This document shows positions 1 to 9,067 of a stretch of 9,067 nt of DNA, piece after piece. The notes under the pieces are model-generated. The model had not been told where the DNA came from, made no database searches, and worked only from the letters and a program-made list of their open reading frames with translations. The DNA comes from a virus (lineage: Monodnaviria; Loebvirae; Hofneiviricota; Faserviricetes; Tubulavirales): the IMG/VR virus record IMGVR_UViG_2660238346_000022; one strand, given 5' to 3'. The translations under genes were made by a program, and so were the position numbers. Every line of letters starts with the position of its first letter. Within the stretch, counting starts at the first letter, position 1.

Positions 1-362
<362 letters not shown>

Positions 363-374
363 TTACCCGCAAAA

Positions 375-734
375 TTACTTGCCAACATTAAGCCCATTTG
401 ATTTAAATAAATCATAAACCAATCGATACACTCTATCCTTATAAAGATATATGTATGAAATAAATTGAACATGGAGGATGATATTAAAGCAGTACTGAAT
501 ATTTAAAGGCAGGTAACTGAATGCAACTACAATAACATCGAGTTTATTAACATCGGAGATTTGACGAATAATAAAATTGACGGCAGATACAAGAGCATAA
601 TATGAAGTGTAGCAAAGACCAAGATAAGAAAGGAGCTTAGCCCATGCAACAGCTTTATCACCGATAACTCCTGCAATGAAACGTAGTGATTTTAAAACAA
701 CATCAACAAAAAAAGCACCTAAAATGGCCCACAT
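375..734 (-). CDS. pVI-like minor coat / membrane protein (119 aa)
   Basis: Hydrophobic 119-aa ORF between the pIII-like gene and the pI-like gene, as gene VI is in Ff phages. Its ATG (734-732) overlaps the TGA of the upstream gene by 1 nt. Confidence 0.6.
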   Translation of the reverse strand: MWAILGAFFVDVVLKSLRFIAGVIGDKAVAWAKLLSYLGLCYTSYYALVSAVNFIIRQISDVNKLDVIVVAFSYLPLNIQYCFNIILHVQFISYIYLYKDRVYRLVYDLFKSNGLNVGK

Positions 735-2098
735 CAGAGTTTTACCTCACGTTCAAATAATGTACGGCGAGAAATAACAAAAACGCGTAACATGGTTATC
801 ATATAAATAGCATATTCAAGAACAGAACGAACATAATCGTCATAAGCTTTTGCAAAATGGCTTGTATCAATCTTGAAATTAATCGCGCCAATCAACGGAA
901 GATTAAAGCTAAACTGTAAAGTAAAAGGAAGAGCAGTTCCATTATTTGTATTTACCAGTTTGTCAATATTAACTGTAAGCCAATTGTTATTATCATGACT
1001 CTCACTTCCCTGTCCTGGCAAATAATGCGAAAGCTCCCCTAAAGGGAAATCCCCATCAGGCAAAGAAGAAGCTATATTCTGACTAATATCTTTAATACCA
1101 TTGTCCAGTGAATTTAATGCATTATTCATATCAGCCTGAGAAACAGAAAAAGCATTATTTAAATCATTCACTGACACCCATATTGTTTTTAACCAGCCCA
1201 AAATACCATCAAGCCAGCCATTGTCATCGCCGGATGAGCCACCGGATCCTGAACCTGAACTACCGCTACCGGATGAACCGCCGGAGCCCGAGCCGGAGCC
1301 ACCGCTACCGGATGAACCACCGGAGCCAGAACCTGAACCACCACTGCCGGATGAGCCGCCGGAACCCGAGCCGGAGCCACCGCTACCGGATGAACCACCG
1401 GAGCCAGAACCTGAACCACCACCGGAACTGCCGCCGCCTGGGTTACCACCACCGGAACTGCCACCACCTGAGCTACCGCCATCCTCCTTACCATCGGAGA
1501 ATGCAGGATCTACAGCAACTGGTTTCCAGTCGGCAGTACAAACTGTATCATCATCGGGATTACAAATAAGAGGATTACCGGTTGCCTCATAAATACACCC
1601 CTGCACATTAACATAACGGGTCCCGTCATCACCTTTATAAACATCAGAAAAAGTCATACCATCAAGAACCGGACGAGAAAGACAAATCTCGTCAGTTGGC
1701 GGCTTATTATATTCAGGTGTCAAATCCCCCTCACCACCCTGAAAAGCAAGGGTGCAGGCTGTCCACTTTTGCTTGTCTGAATCCCAGACTTTATATGCTG
1801 ACCACCGGGCACGGACAAAAGACCCGACAGTCGAAGGTGCATTAACAGGCGTGGAAAGTGGCACACCACAATAATGAATTATTCCGGAACATGCGTCATA
1901 ATTGCCCGAACCACAGAAAAGATGACCGGCCGCCCTGGCTAATTTAATCGACGTCCCCGCGTCCGAATAATCTGTCCTGCAGGATGAATGGCCTGCACAC
2001 TGAACAAGTGCATCCGGATTTTCTTTCTCTTCAGCGAAAGAAAACGAGGAAAAGAACAAAAACAGAAGCGGAATAATAAAGTGAATCAAAAAAAACAC
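734..2098 (-). CDS. pIII-like adsorption/minor coat protein with N-terminal signal peptide and long Gly/Ser linker (about 454 aa)
   Basis: N-terminus FFLIHFIIPLLFLFFSSFSFA then EEKENPD; Cys-rich N-domain; GGSSGGG/GSGSGGSS linker; hydrophobic C-terminal anchor. ORF-track start at 2098 is GTG with AGGA directly abutting it; TTG at 2089 has better AGGAG spacing, so the start is uncertain by 9 nt. Confidence 0.75.
   Translation of the reverse strand: MFFLIHFIIPLLFLFFSSFSFAEEKENPDALVQCAGHSSCRTDYSDAGTSIKLARAAGHLFCGSGNYDACSGIIHYCGVPLSTPVNAPSTVGSFVRARWSAYKVWDSDKQKWTACTLAFQGGEGDLTPEYNKPPTDEICLSRPVLDGMTFSDVYKGDDGTRYVNVQGCIYEATGNPLICNPDDDTVCTADWKPVAVDPAFSDGKEDGGSSGGGSSGGGNPGGGSSGGGSGSGSGGSSGSGGSGSGSGGSSGSGGSGSGSGGSSGSGGSGSGSGGSSGSGSSGSGSGGSSGDDNGWLDGILGWLKTIWVSVNDLNNAFSVSQADMNNALNSLDNGIKDISQNIASSLPDGDFPLGELSHYLPGQGSESHDNNNWLTVNIDKLVNTNNGTALPFTLQFSFNLPLIGAINFKIDTSHFAKAYDDYVRSVLEYAIYMITMLRVFVISRRTLFEREVKL
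1215..1480 (-). repeat. Imperfect 39-bp tandem repeats (about 4-6 units) encoding the Gly/Ser linker of the pIII-like protein
   Basis: Units such as accgctaccggatgaaccgccggagcccgagccggagcc recur with small changes; they translate to a 13-aa Gly/Ser period. Confidence 0.7.
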
Positions 2099-2109
2099 TC
2101 CTGGTATGA

Positions 2110-2133
2110 TTAAAAAAGCGCCCCGGAGGGCGC
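2110..2133 (-). terminator. Rho-independent terminator after the major coat gene
   Basis: Plus strand: aaaaaa (2112-2117), then stem gcgccc (2118-2123), loop cgga, stem gggcgc (2128-2133). On the minus strand this is a GC stem followed by a T6 run, 17 nt after the coat stop. Confidence 0.6.
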
Positions 2134-2149
2134 TGTCGTTAAATAACTA

Positions 2150-2410
<261 letters not shown>

Positions 2411-2416
2411 TTAAAA

Positions 2417-2587
2417 TTAATTAACAGCATCACTGAACATCCGGCAGACCAGAGTGAAAATAACACCAAGACCAAAGCCAAGAAGCCAGCAGACAATCCA
2501 GACATAAAGAACGGACCAGTAAAGCTCCCCGTCCTGTACGCCAGAATTCAGTGCGGATAAAACACCGCTGAAATCAAATTCAGTCAT
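2417..2587 (-). CDS. Small membrane protein (56 aa), positional analogue of Ff pIX/pVII
   Basis: ATG at 2587 (MTEFDFSGVL...) overlaps the upstream stop in an ATGACTGA arrangement. One predicted TM segment (YWSVLYVWIVCWLLGFGLGVIFTLV). The ORF-track start at 2620 is GTG. Confidence 0.5.
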   Translation of the reverse strand: MTEFDFSGVLSALNSGVQDGELYWSVLYVWIVCWLLGFGLGVIFTLVCRMFSDAVN

Positions 2588-2720
2588 AATAACGCTGAAC
2601 AGTAATGCTTTGTGAGTCACAGGCGCGAATCAGTTTTATTCCGATGCCAAAACCTGAAGAAAATAAAATCATTGCAGGCGCAGCAAATAAAACAAAGTTC
2701 AGAAAATCAGCGTCAGACAT
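2580..2720 (-). CDS. Small membrane protein (46 aa), positional analogue of Ff pVII/pIX
   Basis: ATG at 2720 lies 2 nt after the stop of the upstream gene (MSDADFLNFVLFAAPAMILFSSGFGIGIKLIR...), with one TM segment. The ORF-track start at 2774 is TTG. Confidence 0.45.
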   Translation of the reverse strand: MSDADFLNFVLFAAPAMILFSSGFGIGIKLIRACDSQSITVQRYYD

Positions 2721-2724
2721 ATCA

Positions 2725-3150
2725 TCAGCCTTTTTCTTTACCTGCGGGCAGTGCACCCAGCGGCTGACCGTCAAAACGTTTCATGGAGCCGGAAATAAAA
2801 CGATACCAGACACCATGACGTTCTGAGCCTGTCGACCATGAGTTAACATCCACCGTGAGATAAACAGATTTGCCCTGCAAATCAGGACATGAATTAAAAA
2901 ATTTAAAATCCTCCTCAGTACAGGAAAAGCGCTCATGCTCCTCACGGCGGACTTTTAATTTTCGGTCCTCATACGGATAGGCAATAACAATGGCATATTT
3001 GGGTTTGGCCTCAGGGTTATAATGAGAACCCGTGGGTTTTAACTCCTCATCATTTATGACAGTGGCGTGAATAAAATATCCCGCCATTGTCATACCTGCG
3101 GTAAAACCCTCAGGGGAAGGAAACGGAAAACTGTCGTAAATTTGATTCAT
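2725..3150 (-). CDS. Hypothetical 141-aa protein, putative ssDNA-binding protein by position (gene V slot)
   Basis: ATG at 3150 preceded by GAGGAG; sits immediately downstream of Rep as gene V does in Ff. No motif recognised, so the function is positional inference only. Confidence 0.4.
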   Translation of the reverse strand: MNQIYDSFPFPSPEGFTAGMTMAGYFIHATVINDEELKPTGSHYNPEAKPKYAIVIAYPYEDRKLKVRREEHERFSCTEEDFKFFNSCPDLQGKSVYLTVDVNSWSTGSERHGVWYRFISGSMKRFDGQPLGALPAGKEKG

Positions 3151-3180
3151 AAATCAGACTCCTCAATGTTAAAAATTCAG

Positions 3181-5422
<2,242 letters not shown>

Positions 5423-5555
5423 GACCTCATGTCCTCATGATGAAAGACAAAAAAGAACATACTCAAAAAACATCATGAACACAAGATGTATTAACAACAT
5501 TTGCTCAAGTGCTCTAGAGTACATGATGGCTAAATACAAAAAAGGGGGCTAAATA
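5423..5555. promoter_or_regulatory. Divergent promoter/operator region between the Rep operon (minus) and the RHH regulator gene (plus)
   Basis: AT-rich 133-bp spacer. Candidate minus-strand promoter: -35 TTGTGT (5484-5479), 17-bp spacer, -10 TATGTT (5461-5456). Near-palindrome gtgCTCTAGAGtac at 5509-5522; CATGATG/CATCATG motifs at 5436-5442, 5472-5478 and 5522-5528. Confidence 0.35.
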
Positions 5556-5756
5556 ATGGCTGAAAAAAGAAAGAGTTATAACGTGCCAAACGAGAAGTAT
5601 CTAAAGCTAGAAAGATTAGCTATTGATGCAAGTCAAAAGATAGGAAGGAGCATAAAATGGACCGAAGTACTGTCTTACATGATAGATCACTACGCAAAAG
5701 ACGCAGCAATAGATATGGTAAGTCAGGAAGAACTTAAGAAAAAAAAGGCAATGTGA
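5556..5756 (+). CDS. Ribbon-helix-helix (CopG/Arc-like) DNA-binding protein, putative phage repressor/regulator (66 aa)
   Basis: Strong RBS AAGGGGG 8 nt before the ATG. Sequence fits the RHH pattern: beta-strand KSYNV, helix A EKYLKLERLAIDA, turn with G-x-S (GRS), helix B IKWTEVLSYMIDHY. Transcribed divergently from Rep, as rstR is in CTXphi. Confidence 0.6.
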   Translation: MAEKRKSYNVPNEKYLKLERLAIDASQKIGRSIKWTEVLSYMIDHYAKDAAIDMVSQEELKKKKAM

Positions 5757-5819
5757 TCCCTTTCCCAACGTCAAACAAACAGGCCAGGAAAGATCAAAGG
5801 AAAAGTTAAACAAGGAAAT

Positions 5820-5975
5820 ATGCAGATAACCAGTGACTTAATCCTTGACCTGCTGATAAAGCATTTCGTTGTTGGCAGCATCACAGGCATGACAATATTC
5901 AGCCTGATAACGCTTGTCCCACCGTTGGTGATGACCATACACAAAAAACTAAGTAAGGACACTGAAATCCTTTAA
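5820..5975 (+). CDS. Small hydrophobic protein (51 aa) downstream of the RHH gene; not in the supplied ORF track
   Basis: ATG at 5820 preceded by AAGGAA; MQITSDLILDLLIKHFVVGSITGMTIFSLITLVPPLVMTIHKKLSKDTEIL; TAA at 5973-5975. Hydrophobic residues 7-40, charged tail. Followed directly by the 6010-6040 hairpin. Confidence 0.4.
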   Translation: MQITSDLILDLLIKHFVVGSITGMTIFSLITLVPPLVMTIHKKLSKDTEIL

Positions 5976-5980
5976 GGTTC

Positions 5981-6074
5981 AGTGCGCACAATGACGTTAT
6001 GTATAAAAAGGCCGCTGCGGTGGAGAGTATCGCAGCGGCCTTTTCAACATAACGCGTGTCACATTATGCGCACT
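5981..6074. other. Candidate XerCD-dependent attachment region: imperfect palindrome with dif-like arms flanking a hairpin
   Basis: 5981-5991 aGTGCGCAcAA (9/11 to the E. coli dif XerC arm GGTGCGCATAA); 5997-6007 TTATGTataAA (8/11 to the XerD arm). Inverted partner: 6042-6052 tTTcAACATAA and 6064-6074 TTATGCGCACt (10/11 to the XerC arm complement). Confidence 0.5.
6003..6044. terminator. Bidirectional rho-independent terminator-like hairpin
   Basis: Perfect 10-bp stem ggccgctgcg (6010-6019) / cgcagcggcc (6031-6040), 11-nt loop, flanked by ataaaaa upstream and tttt downstream, so each strand reads as stem plus T-run. Confidence 0.6.
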
Positions 6075-6127
6075 GACGTTGTGGTAGGTAAACTGAGATG
6101 CCGCGTCCTGATAATCCCGGTCGGCAC

Positions 6128-6850
<723 letters not shown>

Positions 6851-6903
6851 AATCAATCTCATCATGTTATACCGTTAAGTGCTGTTTTTCAGTCATGAAG
6901 ATA

Positions 6904-7005
<102 letters not shown>

Positions 7006-7078
7006 ATCAGACCTGCCAGTCCGGCAGGCAGGTGCAGTCCATGAAAACAAAGCGCGGATTAAGCTGCGGTGCACACTA

Positions 7079-7156
<78 letters not shown>

Positions 7157-7187
7157 GTAAGCTGGTTGACCATGTCAGCAAAGAGCA

Positions 7188-7272
<85 letters not shown>

Positions 7273-7306
7273 TGCCATCACAAGCGCAACTGAAGCATTC
7301 TGCCTC

Positions 7307-7341
<35 letters not shown>

Positions 7342-7390
7342 AGGTGCAGTCCATGGAAACAAAGCACGGATTAAGCTGCGGTGCACACTA

Positions 7391-7434
<44 letters not shown>

Positions 7435-7481
7435 CCATCGCCTGTACGCGTCGTGTTCTGCACAGCCAGTAAGCTGGTTGA

Positions 7482-7611
<130 letters not shown>

Positions 7612-7624
7612 AGTGTCCTCTGTC

Positions 7625-8830
<1,206 letters not shown>

Positions 8831-8843
8831 TTACCCCGCAAAA

Positions 8844-9067
8844 TTACTTGCCAACATTAAGCCCATTTGATTTAAATAAATCATAAACCAATCGATACAC
8901 TCTATCCTTATAAAGATATATGTATGAAATAAATTGAACATGGAGGATGATATTAAAGCAGTACTGAATATTTAAAGGCAGGTAACTGAATGCAACTACA
9001 ATAACATCGAGTTTATTAACATCGGAGATTTGACGAATAATAAAATTGACGGCAGATACAAGAGCAT
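8844..9067 (-). CDS. pVI-like protein, second copy, C-terminal part only (start lies beyond window end)
   Basis: Same sequence as 375-599 of the first copy, offset by 8469 bp after the 1-bp indel. Confidence 0.6.
   Translation of the reverse strand, partial: ALVSAVNFIIRQISDVNKLDVIVVAFSYLPLNIQYCFNIILHVQFISYIYLYKDRVYRLVYDLFKSNGLNVGK

Noticed and set aside
1108-1592. ORFs 1108-1569 (+), 1221-1592 (+) and 1189-1494 (-)
   Set aside because: Artefacts of the repetitive GC-rich Gly/Ser linker region of the pIII-like gene, which is open in several frames; products are low-complexity Pro/Glu, His/Arg or Val/Ala strings.
5616-5962. Minus-strand ORFs 5616-5813 and 5771-5962
   Set aside because: Antisense to the RHH gene and to the 51-aa hydrophobic ORF; 5771-5962 starts with GTG and has no RBS. 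The plus-strand frames have proper starts and RBSs.
6042-6074. A single canonical 28-bp dif site
   Set aside because: Both arms are good matches but they are 11 nt apart rather than 6, so it is not a canonical double-stranded dif core; interpreted instead as half of a folded attP-like structure.

Overview
The window is slightly more than one genome-length unit of a filamentous (Inovirus-like, Ff/CTXphi-type) phage. Bases 1-599 recur at 8469-9067 (period 8468/8469 bp) with two substitutions and a 1-bp indel, so it looks like a head-to-tail tandem prophage array rather than a wrapped circle. All phage genes are on the minus strand: a small ORF, a large rolling-circle Rep (YxxKYxxK motif), a putative ssDNA-binding protein, two small membrane proteins, a major coat protein, a pIII-like adsorption protein with a Gly/Ser linker, a pVI-like protein and a Zot/pI-like assembly ATPase (Walker A GNLGQGKG). 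No secretin gene is present. The roughly 2.4 kb between Zot and Rep is the unusual part. It holds a divergent plus-strand ribbon-helix-helix regulator followed by an unannotated 51-aa hydrophobic ORF, and an imperfect palindrome with dif-like XerC/XerD arms around a perfect hairpin (candidate CTXphi-style attP). It also holds four 145-bp tandem repeats that each carry the start and signal peptide of a small secreted-protein gene, and 2.2 copies of a 312-bp repeat that each begin with a sequence closely resembling the ColE1/pMB1 primosome-assembly region. All calls are from reading the sequence; no searches were run.
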